Source: a candidate division WOR-3 bacterium
Lineage (GTDB): Bacteria; Hydrothermota; Tepidihabitantia; Tepidihabitantales; Tepidihabitantaceae
Direction: 5' to 3'
Length of the DNA: 36,294 nucleotides
Assembly (NCBI GenBank): GCA_965648905.1
Contig: CBFGIT010000024.1
Coordinates: 1-36,294 of the forward strand
The notes under the pieces were generated by a model that ran no database searches, was not told where the DNA came from, and saw only the letters and a list, made by a program, of their open reading frames with translations. Shown piece by piece: positions 26,335-34,391 of the stretch; the stretch's first letter is position 1, and each line of letters opens with the position of its first letter. The position numbers and the translations under genes were made by a program.

Positions 26335-29300
26335 TTAGTCTAGAACTACAATCCGAGTTGACCATAGTCTACGCTGGGTCGTCTGGTTCGTCAAAATAAG
26401 GCAATAGACCCCGGTTGGCATTGTCCTCAGGTCAACACGGAACGACGAAGTTCGATGGTCGAACGGGAATTGCCGGACCAGGCGACCGGATGCGTCGAAC
26501 ACCGAGAGAGCAGGAGCTGAGGACCCAGCGATTCGTGGGCTCAGGCGGAGTGTGGTGAGTCCTCGGCAAGGGTTGGGCGTGATGCTGACCGGCTCGTGGC
26601 CGTTTGCTGTCTGCTGTTCGCCGACAGCCGTGAATGTATCCGGCGGGTTGGTCGTGAACCTGATTGCCCGGTTCGGCACGATTGGTGCAGCCGCAGCCGG
26701 GCGCGAGCCGGCAAAAGTGCACTCAAGGCCGTCGTTGTGGCCCGGGCTCTGGATGCCGACGGTAGCATAATTATGGTTGTTGCCCCAGAGTGTATCGTCA
26801 TCCTGGACCACAAGATACTGGACGACAATCGGCCCGTCGCCGGTCTTTGTCGGGTAGTACTGCGGGTCGTACAGCAGGGTCTGAAACGTCTGCTGTTCAG
26901 CCGGATAAGGCGGCCTGAACCCGTGCACGTGCACGCACCGGCTCCACTCAACGACAAACCGGTGGCTCGAGGCATCGTGCCAGCAATAGACACCAGATGC
27001 ATCCATAGTGTCGGTCCGGAAATCATCCCAGAAGGCTGCAACCATCCCATCTGGTCCCATCGGAGATGGGATTGACCAGTTGTAGGCATCTCCGAGCCAG
27101 GTGCTGCCCATCGCCAGGTAGCCGTTGTCGCAGACCGACACCGTGCCGTACTCTTGGCCATAGAACCGAAACGCGAACGGCAACTGAACCGGGACCGACG
27201 TGTCATTCGCCAGATTCACCCTGGTTCCACTGCCACCATGAGCCGGGTCAATCTCAACCCAGTTGAAGTCAGGACGCTCGGCATAGCCGACATCAATATC
27301 GTCGTAGGCGTAGTACCCGTAGTGGTCAGGTCCAAGGGGTGACTGTTCAGTCGGTCTGCCAACAGTGACCACGAAGTCCCTGACCTGCTCCACGCTGCCG
27401 CTGGACAGAACCAGTCGCAGGCTGAAAGCGCGGCCGATGCCGATTGCTCCGGCGGCGCGAACTGCAAATCGGTCTCCGGTGTTCAATACTGAATCACCAG
27501 GCAGCAGGTCCCCGAAGCTCCCAGTTGAATCGAGCACGGCGACGGCTGCCGGATTCAGCGAGCGCAACACGCCGACCAGTCCTGATGCAGTAGCACTGCC
27601 GGTATTGCGCACTCTGACCGACAACTCAGCGCTTTCGCCCGGGTCAAGGATACCGTTCGCATCATGCACCGTGTAACCTCTGGTTGTCAGAGTCGGAGCA
27701 ATTACCACAAGCTCAAGACCGGATTCCCAAGTGTTGCTGCCACTCGTGACGCTCAGACCCAGGGGAATCACCTGCCTGCTGGTGCATGATGCAGTCACCA
27801 CCAGCAGGAACGGAGCCGCGTTTGCTGAATTGCCCGGTTCGATGTTGCCGTAGTCACGTACCGAATCCAGAACCACTGCGGCATCGTCCAGCGCCCGCAG
27901 CACGGCCCTGACCCCGGTCGCGGTCTGACTCGTGCCGAAGTTCTTCAACGTGATGCTCAAGTTGACGTTTCCCGGCCGAGCCTCAGTCGGGCTATGTTCG
28001 AGACATCCGACAAAGACCGGTGAGGAAACCACCTGGACTCTGCCCAGATGAGGCGTCAGGTTCGGCCCGGACACAGTGACAAGGAGCGAGTCCGCCACCG
28101 TGCTCGGCAGTGCGAACCTTGCCCGGCCTGACGCGCCTGTGCGTCGAACCAGGTGTACCTGCCCTGGGCCCAGCAGACTGACCGACGCGCCTGTCACTGG
28201 CATCGAGGCCCCGTCCCTGACCTCAACCTCAAACGAACTTGTGCCGGCTGGAATCGAACCCGGGTAAGTAACCGCGAGAGAGCGTGGTACGCCGGTCCAC
28301 ATCTCAAGTGACGGGTCGCCCAGCAGATTGTACACGTGGAAGTAGAGCCTCAAATCAAACGAGTCTTCGAGCAGAGGGAAGTTTTCAAGCTGCGCCAGCT
28401 TGCCTGAGTACATTGCCGGGCCGCAGGTCTGAATCCCCTGGTCAAACACGGCGCGGTAGATACCATAGTCCATGCAGTTGTTCCACCGGGTCGACGTACC
28501 GGAGTAGGAACTGCCCCAGAACGCGACCGCACCCTTGGGATTGGTCGGAGTACCGGCCCTGAGCCAGGCTTCACCAAAGCACGGGTTGCGCTGGAAGTTA
28601 CCGGTCCCGCAGTAGATGCTCGTTACGACCGGGAGCATCCAGCCGTTGGCCAGACCATAGACGTCGTTGATTAGAAACTGAGGATAACCCCACCCGTCGT
28701 AATTACCCCAGCCCCGACCATTGATGAACAGCACCCCTTGGTTCACTGCCGTATCGACCGGGCCACGACCGTATCTTGTCGGTGGATAGAAGATGGTATC
28801 TACTGTATTGAATCCTTTGCCGAGCAGGTAGTCCCGAATCCACCGTTTTGTGACCAGAGCCGTGACCGCGGGCGTACCGCCCTCCTGATACGATGTCCCG
28901 ACCATCAGGGCACGACGATACCATGACGTATCTGCCGTGTACGGTGTCATCTCGTAGCCAATGGTCTTCGCAACCATGCAATCAAGCTCCGAGGAGTTGG
29001 CCGCGGGCAGTCTGCCCACATACAGGTCGGCCAGGTAGTCGCTGCCGTCCACACAGGCATAGGGGTGGTCGGTAACGCAGGGCGTTCCGCCGGTGATGAA
29101 TGCTGGAAGCTTGTTCACTGCGCCGACCAGCAGCACATAGCTAGGACATGGCTCCCATGTTGCATAAGCGTTGGCGATGAAGGCCCGAATCTGCTCCTTG
29201 GTGGAGCCGGTCTCAGACAGCCGTTTGACCCAGACCTTGAATCCCTTTCGTTCCTTCCAGGCCGCCAGAGGCAGAATCGACGAATAGAAGTCGTCCGGCA

Positions 29301-29772
29301 CGATGATGAGATAGCCGGTCTGCTCAGTTCCGCCGTCCTGTTCAGAAAGGCCCAACTCTGCTGCAAGTCTCCTTCCCATCTCACCTCTGCCGTGCTGCGA
29401 CACGATTGGCCGGTCATAGTGCAGGCGCAATTTCACTTCGCTGCGTCCCTGTGTTGCAGTTTCTTCGGGCCGCCGGACAATCAGCGGCACGACCTCGAGC
29501 CCGGCAGCAATTGCCGGCTCACCGAAGCTCACCACACCGGCCCAGTTGCCGTCTCCTGAAGCTTCAGGTCCTCTATCCATCTCTACGGTCGGCAGCATCC
29601 CATCCGGGGCCGGAACCAGATGCGCGGCCGCACCTGAGCCAGCACTGGAGTCAGCTCTCTTCAGACCGGTTACGACAATCTGCACCGTGTTCGCGCCGGT
29701 CATGCGCAGGTGCCAGGACGGCTCGCTCGGCTCGGACAAACCGGCCGCAATCAACAGCCAGAGAATGCACAT
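26335..29772 (-). CDS. C25 (gingipain)-family protein with short pro-region, Ig/CARDB-like and nidogen-like domains and T9SS-type CTD; non-canonical active site
   Basis: GYLII, WKERKG, YVLLVG, TDHPY..VDG.D, VGRLPA, GRGWG, IYCGTG, CFGEAW, KGAVAF, YNLLGDP; CTD ITPNP...FDASGRLVR...PTGVY. Confidence 0.88.
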   Translation of the reverse strand: MCILWLLIAAGLSEPSEPSWHLRMTGANTVQIVVTGLKRADSSAGSGAAAHLVPAPDGMLPTVEMDRGPEASGDGNWAGVVSFGEPAIAAGLEVVPLIVRRPEETATQGRSEVKLRLHYDRPIVSQHGRGEMGRRLAAELGLSEQDGGTEQTGYLIIVPDDFYSSILPLAAWKERKGFKVWVKRLSETGSTKEQIRAFIANAYATWEPCPSYVLLVGAVNKLPAFITGGTPCVTDHPYACVDGSDYLADLYVGRLPAANSSELDCMVAKTIGYEMTPYTADTSWYRRALMVGTSYQEGGTPAVTALVTKRWIRDYLLGKGFNTVDTIFYPPTRYGRGPVDTAVNQGVLFINGRGWGNYDGWGYPQFLINDVYGLANGWMLPVVTSIYCGTGNFQRNPCFGEAWLRAGTPTNPKGAVAFWGSSYSGTSTRWNNCMDYGIYRAVFDQGIQTCGPAMYSGKLAQLENFPLLEDSFDLRLYFHVYNLLGDPSLEMWTGVPRSLAVTYPGSIPAGTSSFEVEVRDGASMPVTGASVSLLGPGQVHLVRRTGASGRARFALPSTVADSLLVTVSGPNLTPHLGRVQVVSSPVFVGCLEHSPTEARPGNVNLSITLKNFGTSQTATGVRAVLRALDDAAVVLDSVRDYGNIEPGNSANAAPFLLVVTASCTSRQVIPLGLSVTSGSNTWESGLELVVIAPTLTTRGYTVHDANGILDPGESAELSVRVRNTGSATASGLVGVLRSLNPAAVAVLDSTGSFGDLLPGDSVLNTGDRFAVRAAGAIGIGRAFSLRLVLSSGSVEQVRDFVVTVGRPTEQSPLGPDHYGYYAYDDIDVGYAERPDFNWVEIDPAHGGSGTRVNLANDTSVPVQLPFAFRFYGQEYGTVSVCDNGYLAMGSTWLGDAYNWSIPSPMGPDGMVAAFWDDFRTDTMDASGVYCWHDASSHRFVVEWSRCVHVHGFRPPYPAEQQTFQTLLYDPQYYPTKTGDGPIVVQYLVVQDDDTLWGNNHNYATVGIQSPGHNDGLECTFAGSRPAAAAPIVPNRAIRFTTNPPDTFTAVGEQQTANGHEPVSITPNPCRGLTTLRLSPRIAGSSAPALSVFDASGRLVRQFPFDHRTSSFRVDLRTMPTGVYCLILTNQTTQRRLWSTRIVVLD

Positions 29773-29775
29773 CGC

Positions 29776-30987
29776 TTACTCCTCATGCTTGATGACAACC
29801 AGTCCCAGGTCGCGGTCGCCGCCGAACACACAGCGCCCGGCCGCGAACACGCCGACCATGTGCGGCGTGTCCAGACGGGCAATAAGTCGCGGCGCGTCAG
29901 GTACTGAAACGTCTACTACTGACAGCCCGCCGTCACCGCAGGCAACATAGGCATAGCCCTCATCGACAGTCACCCCGAGCGCGTACCCGCTCAACGCCAG
30001 ACGGCCAATCGTCTGCGGTGCTCTGGGATTCGAGATGTCGGCAACAAGCAGCCCCTCACGGCCATCGGCGATAAATGCGCGACTACCCCGGACCGCGATT
30101 CCTCGGGCGTTACCGGGCGTGTCCATTGCCCCGACCTGAATCGGCGGCTGAGTGTCAGTCCGCCAGCAGGCCATGCCCAGTTGCCCGACCGCGACATACG
30201 CATTCGTACCCGACAGAACAACCCCGCGGCAGTCGCGCGGATAGTAACCCTGATACACGAGTTCGGGTGACGCCGGGTTGGTGATTCTTATCTTGACGAA
30301 CTGAGCATCGGCCGCGACATAGACGAACGAATCCTGGAGCGCGATGTCATACCCGTAGCCGGGCTGGAGGTATTCGAGCACGCCGGTGATTGCCAGACTG
30401 TCCGGGCGCCGCACGTCAATAACGACCAGCTCCTTGTAGCCGTACGCGACGTACGCAAAGCTGTCACTTGCGGTTACTCCCCAGGCTTCGTTCAGCGAGT
30501 CCATCTTGGAACCAAGAAACACAGGCCCGAGCGGGTCGGTAACGTCGAACACTGCCAGCCCGGCCTGACCGTCGGCCACGTACGCGCGGTTGCCCTGTAC
30601 CCAGACGTCGTGCGGGTAGCCCTGAGTCTTGGCGCTGGCAGCCAGCCGAAATCGCTCCAGCGTGACCATACGGGTGTTGCTCCAATCGCCCCATGCCCCG
30701 GCCGCGCTGCGCGGTCGCACACGCCAATAGTAGACACCGTCCGCTCCGAGGTTCAGCTCCAGCGACTCAGTCGCTACTGTTGTATCGGCAAGCAGCTTCT
30801 TGAGCTGGCGGTCGGTCCCGACTTGGAACTGGCTCGTTGCCGCGTCGGTCTGCCAAGAGAAGATGACAGCCGGCCGCCGGACCACTGCGCTATCCTCGGG
30901 TGCGAGCAGGGTTACACCGGCCGGCTCCGGCAGCGGCCTGACGCAACCGAATAATGCCAGAAGTCCGAACAACGTTACCTGTCTCAT
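29776..30987 (-). CDS. lipoprotein with an Fn3-like domain and LVIVD-repeat beta-propeller
   Basis: Lipobox LFGC; YYWRVR..WGDWS Fn3-like segment; repeated AYVADG..GL.V.DV..P units. Confidence 0.85.
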   Translation of the reverse strand: MRQVTLFGLLALFGCVRPLPEPAGVTLLAPEDSAVVRRPAVIFSWQTDAATSQFQVGTDRQLKKLLADTTVATESLELNLGADGVYYWRVRPRSAAGAWGDWSNTRMVTLERFRLAASAKTQGYPHDVWVQGNRAYVADGQAGLAVFDVTDPLGPVFLGSKMDSLNEAWGVTASDSFAYVAYGYKELVVIDVRRPDSLAITGVLEYLQPGYGYDIALQDSFVYVAADAQFVKIRITNPASPELVYQGYYPRDCRGVVLSGTNAYVAVGQLGMACWRTDTQPPIQVGAMDTPGNARGIAVRGSRAFIADGREGLLVADISNPRAPQTIGRLALSGYALGVTVDEGYAYVACGDGGLSVVDVSVPDAPRLIARLDTPHMVGVFAAGRCVFGGDRDLGLVVIKHEE

Positions 30988-31998
30988 CTAAGACCTCCCT
31001 GCCGCTGTCACAGTGACCCCGACGCTAAACCGGCCCGTCCGATAGTTCTTGATGTCTTCGATCTTCTCGCTGCAGGGCGAGCTGACCTCACGCCATTCGG
31101 ACTCGTAACCAGCGGTCAAAGTCGTCTGGCTGATCCGGTAGCGGGCCTCAACCGAGATTCCCTCAAGCAGGTCAACCCGACCAGCATGTCCGGGGTCAAC
31201 GGCCTCGGTGTTGGCCGTTGTGAACTGCCGTCGGGCGAGCGAGAACCCCGTTTCCAGACTGAACCGAACGAGCCGCCGTGGCCGAGTTAGAATCTTTATC
31301 TCGCCGCGGTGCTGGGAGTAGGATATGTCCGGCACCGGCCCTTTGGCCGATGCGAGCTTGTACTCATAGTCCAGCGCAAGACCAAGACCGCGCAGCACCT
31401 CCCAGTTCAGTTCCGCACCGGGCCGGTGTGCACGCGTGTCGTAGAACCCGAACGGCCGGACGTAACTGTCAATCTCGAACCGGTAGCGCGGCTCCAGAGT
31501 CACTGCCCCCACCCGCTGTCTAACCCGAGCCGTAAGCAGATGCTCGGTGAAAGCACATGCTGCGTACTCGCCGACCTTTGTCGGGTCGCGAAAGTGCCTT
31601 ATCAGATAGCTCGGGATATAGAGGTATGAAAGGCTGGCGCGGCTGGCCGCGGTCAGCCCTTGCGAGACCAGAATCGTCAGCATGCCGTAGCTCTTCGTCG
31701 GATTGGAGACGTATCCGTGCAGCCGCGTTCTCAAGTTTAACAGGGTTCCTCGCCCGACGGTTCGAATTCGTTGGCCGAGACTGAACTCAAGCGTCGCCCC
31801 GAGGTCATCGGCGGTGCGAATCTGGAACCGGACCGGGTCGGTTCGATTGCGGAACGCTTCAAGGTCGGCGGGCGAGTATTCGAACAGATTGTCGGAGTAG
31901 ACCAGTGCCCCCTGCATCTGCCATTCGGTTCGAGCACCGGCAAACCCCAACCCCAGGGCCAGGAAGAGCCAGACCCCTGTCATGCCCCGGCTATTCAT
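30988..31998 (-). CDS. probable outer-membrane beta-barrel protein
   Basis: Signal peptide; N-terminal Y.DN motif; many amphipathic strands with alternating aromatic/aliphatic residues (LSYLY, LEPRYRF, LDYEY, VEARYR, AGYE.EWR); start at ATG 31998 overlapping the upstream stop. Confidence 0.65.
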   Translation of the reverse strand: MNSRGMTGVWLFLALGLGFAGARTEWQMQGALVYSDNLFEYSPADLEAFRNRTDPVRFQIRTADDLGATLEFSLGQRIRTVGRGTLLNLRTRLHGYVSNPTKSYGMLTILVSQGLTAASRASLSYLYIPSYLIRHFRDPTKVGEYAACAFTEHLLTARVRQRVGAVTLEPRYRFEIDSYVRPFGFYDTRAHRPGAELNWEVLRGLGLALDYEYKLASAKGPVPDISYSQHRGEIKILTRPRRLVRFSLETGFSLARRQFTTANTEAVDPGHAGRVDLLEGISVEARYRISQTTLTAGYESEWREVSSPCSEKIEDIKNYRTGRFSVGVTVTAAGRS

Positions 31999-32857
31999 AC
32001 TTCTCGCCCGCAAGCACGTCCACGGCGAGGGCTGCGGTTCGAGCCAGTGTCCCGCTCACCGCAAGGGAAAGCTCATGCTTACCGGGCCCGAGGTTGAACC
32101 ATGCTTTTCGCTCAGTGGACGGGGCGAGCCCGGGCTCGTTGCCGTAGACGGCAGACGGTGACCGACTGACCCGGAAGGCGCGACGAACCAGTGCGTTCTT
32201 ACCTTCACTCACGACCAGGCTGAAACTCTGCTCTCCCAGCAGGTCCGGCGTATAGTTAAGACGGGCACGTAGACGCACGCGACAAGGTCCTTCAACCGTT
32301 AGCTTCGTTGGCTGCCTTGCTGCTACTTCGTGGAAGGTGGTGCTGTCCCGACCCTCGATTAGTTCAAGCGGCTTGGTTCCGAGTCTTGCTGTCCGCCACG
32401 GCCGCGGTTCCTGGAATCCGAATCTGACCCCGACCGTGTCCGACCCGGCCTCATCGAGCACAAGCCGGTAGCGGTTAGCGCCAGGCGGAACCTGGACAAA
32501 GAATGACCGCCACTGTCCCACATTTCGGTGATTCGGCCCGTAGCTTGAAGGCGAAATGCGGACTTCGTGTTCGACCGGTCGCTGGGCGTCGTCCTGCCAC
32601 AAACTGAGCCGGTAGCGTGCCCGGTCGGTTGCTGAAGCTGGCCACCACAACCGGGTGTAGACCCGAAGCCAGGTTGGCCCTTCGACCTCAAAGTCAAGCG
32701 GCGCGTTGCCGGTCAGCAGATAGTAACTGACGTCAACCCGCCGCACTACGCTCACGTCAACGCGCGCCGCGTTCGAAGGAACCTTCACCTCTGCGGACCG
32801 CGTCAGCCCGAACGCAACCAGCAGCGCCATCAGCGTGCCAGTCATTCGCCGTTTCAC
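31991..32857 (-). CDS. secreted hypothetical protein with two repeated beta-rich domains
   Basis: Signal peptide; internal repeat VEGPTWLRVYTRL / VEGPCRVRLRARL; GTGA overlap with pgsW. Confidence 0.75.
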   Translation of the reverse strand: MKRRMTGTLMALLVAFGLTRSAEVKVPSNAARVDVSVVRRVDVSYYLLTGNAPLDFEVEGPTWLRVYTRLWWPASATDRARYRLSLWQDDAQRPVEHEVRISPSSYGPNHRNVGQWRSFFVQVPPGANRYRLVLDEAGSDTVGVRFGFQEPRPWRTARLGTKPLELIEGRDSTTFHEVAARQPTKLTVEGPCRVRLRARLNYTPDLLGEQSFSLVVSEGKNALVRRAFRVSRSPSAVYGNEPGLAPSTERKAWFNLGPGKHELSLAVSGTLARTAALAVDVLAGEKYE

Positions 32858-33951
32858 ACCGCCTCCTTGTCCAGCGCATCATCCCGGACGCCCAAATACC
32901 ACTCGACATCGTAACGCACCGAGAACACGAGTAACCCGAGTAGAAGCAGCGCCAGGCCGCCGGCCAGCACGACCGAGTAGCGCTGCTCAAAGAACAGCCT
33001 GCCCCTGCCCGGCGCAGGCAGGGGCACCGGTGCAACCGGCAGATGGTAGCTCAGTGCCACCGAGTTCGGATTGATGATGTTGACTACCGGAACCTGCCGG
33101 TCGCGTGCCCGGCCGACCAAGCCCCTGTAATGACTCCGGCGCCACCGCTCAGAAATGACGCGTGACGGAACCCGCTCCAGGGGCCCGCCCGAATTCGCCA
33201 CTGCCCGGCCCAGCGTGACAATCACCCGGGCGTGCTGAAACAGGCTGTCGCGCAGCGCCACACCCTGTTCAAGACTCTCCGGTACGTGCAGCCTGACATG
33301 AGCCGACTCGACCGCGGCAGCGAGCAACGAACGACCCTCGGGTGAAAGTCCTCGTCCATCGTCGTCCTCGCCGCCCAGGAACGCCGCCGTACTCCGAAAA
33401 TGCCACAGGTCCGAACTGACCAAGTGCCGTTCAACGTCGAGCCACGACAACCCCGGCAGGTTTGCGCCCCACATCCCGGCGCTCTGGGTTGTGGCAATCA
33501 CCGGCACAATGCCGAGCGCGCTGCAGGCTGCGAGAAGTTGAACGTTCAGAGCCGGATAGGTTCCGTCCCAGCTCACGCCGACCGTGTCGCCGCGCCTTGC
33601 CCCGGCCTGGGTCAGCATCTCGACCAGTGCCGCGCTGAAGTTCGGATTCGTCGTGGTCAGCGCGTCGCTCAGGTCACTCCGTCCATAGGTCGTCTGGGAG
33701 TACTGCACGCCAACCAGCGCAGTTCCGTTCGGGTCGTTGACGCTGTCCACCGGGAACCCGAGACCATGTCGTAGTTCAGTCATCAATTGGAATGCACGAC
33801 GTGACAGCTCGACCGCAGCCATCTTCTCGTCAAAGAGCCGGGAACGCACCGGCCGCGCGCTGCGGCTCACCAGCCAGTAGCTGACGACCGACAGCACGGC
33901 GAGCACGACCAGCACCCAACGATTGACCTTGCCTCTTCGTCGCCGGATCAG
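32854..33951 (-). CDS. pgsW: poly-gamma-glutamate system protein (PgsW-like); probable CTG start at 33951 (first standard start GTG 33915)
   Basis: NDPN.T.LVG, TT.G, TTNPNF.A, G.YPALN, MWGAN.P, GGEDD.G motifs; N- and C-terminal TM segments; directly after pgsC. Confidence 0.85.
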   Translation of the reverse strand: MIRRRRGKVNRWVLVVLAVLSVVSYWLVSRSARPVRSRLFDEKMAAVELSRRAFQLMTELRHGLGFPVDSVNDPNGTALVGVQYSQTTYGRSDLSDALTTTNPNFSAALVEMLTQAGARRGDTVGVSWDGTYPALNVQLLAACSALGIVPVIATTQSAGMWGANLPGLSWLDVERHLVSSDLWHFRSTAAFLGGEDDDGRGLSPEGRSLLAAAVESAHVRLHVPESLEQGVALRDSLFQHARVIVTLGRAVANSGGPLERVPSRVISERWRRSHYRGLVGRARDRQVPVVNIINPNSVALSYHLPVAPVPLPAPGRGRLFFEQRYSVVLAGGLALLLLGLLVFSVRYDVEWYLGVRDDALDKEAV

Positions 33952-34391
33952 AATGCGCCTCCGGTCAGCACGGTAATCGTCAGGCGTGTCAGCACTGCGG
34001 CCAGAAGCATCGTCGCGATTGTCTCCAAAATCCCTTGTCGGTTCATCCAGTACGCCACGAGGCCGGGAATCACGTAGCCGATGACGCCCAGGTCAAAGTG
34101 CGCCGCGCCGACCGTCAGATGCGGTACAATCCGAGTAACGTAGCCGAGCAGGTATCCGACCAGGACCCCGAGCAGAAGCATCCGTCGGCCGAACACGAGC
34201 ATGAACCGACCGACAACCTTGATGATGAGCAACGTCGCAAGCGAAACCGCGATGGTTGCTGCCACCCTGACCGGTTCGTTCAGGGCTAACGCGAAGTAAC
34301 CGGGCACGACAATCCCACCCGCGGCAACGCCGATCGTCTCGGTCAGAACGAACGACGCGAGCATCCCGAGCCCAATTGTCTCAATAACCAT
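33948..34391 (-). CDS. pgsC: poly-gamma-glutamate biosynthesis membrane protein PgsC/CapC
   Basis: E..G..AGGIVVPGY.AL, FGRR, IGYVIPGL.A.W..RQG motifs; TAATG overlap with pgsB. Confidence 0.93.
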   Translation of the reverse strand: MVIETIGLGMLASFVLTETIGVAAGGIVVPGYFALALNEPVRVAATIAVSLATLLIIKVVGRFMLVFGRRMLLLGVLVGYLLGYVTRIVPHLTVGAAHFDLGVIGYVIPGLVAYWMNRQGILETIATMLLAAVLTRLTITVLTGGAF

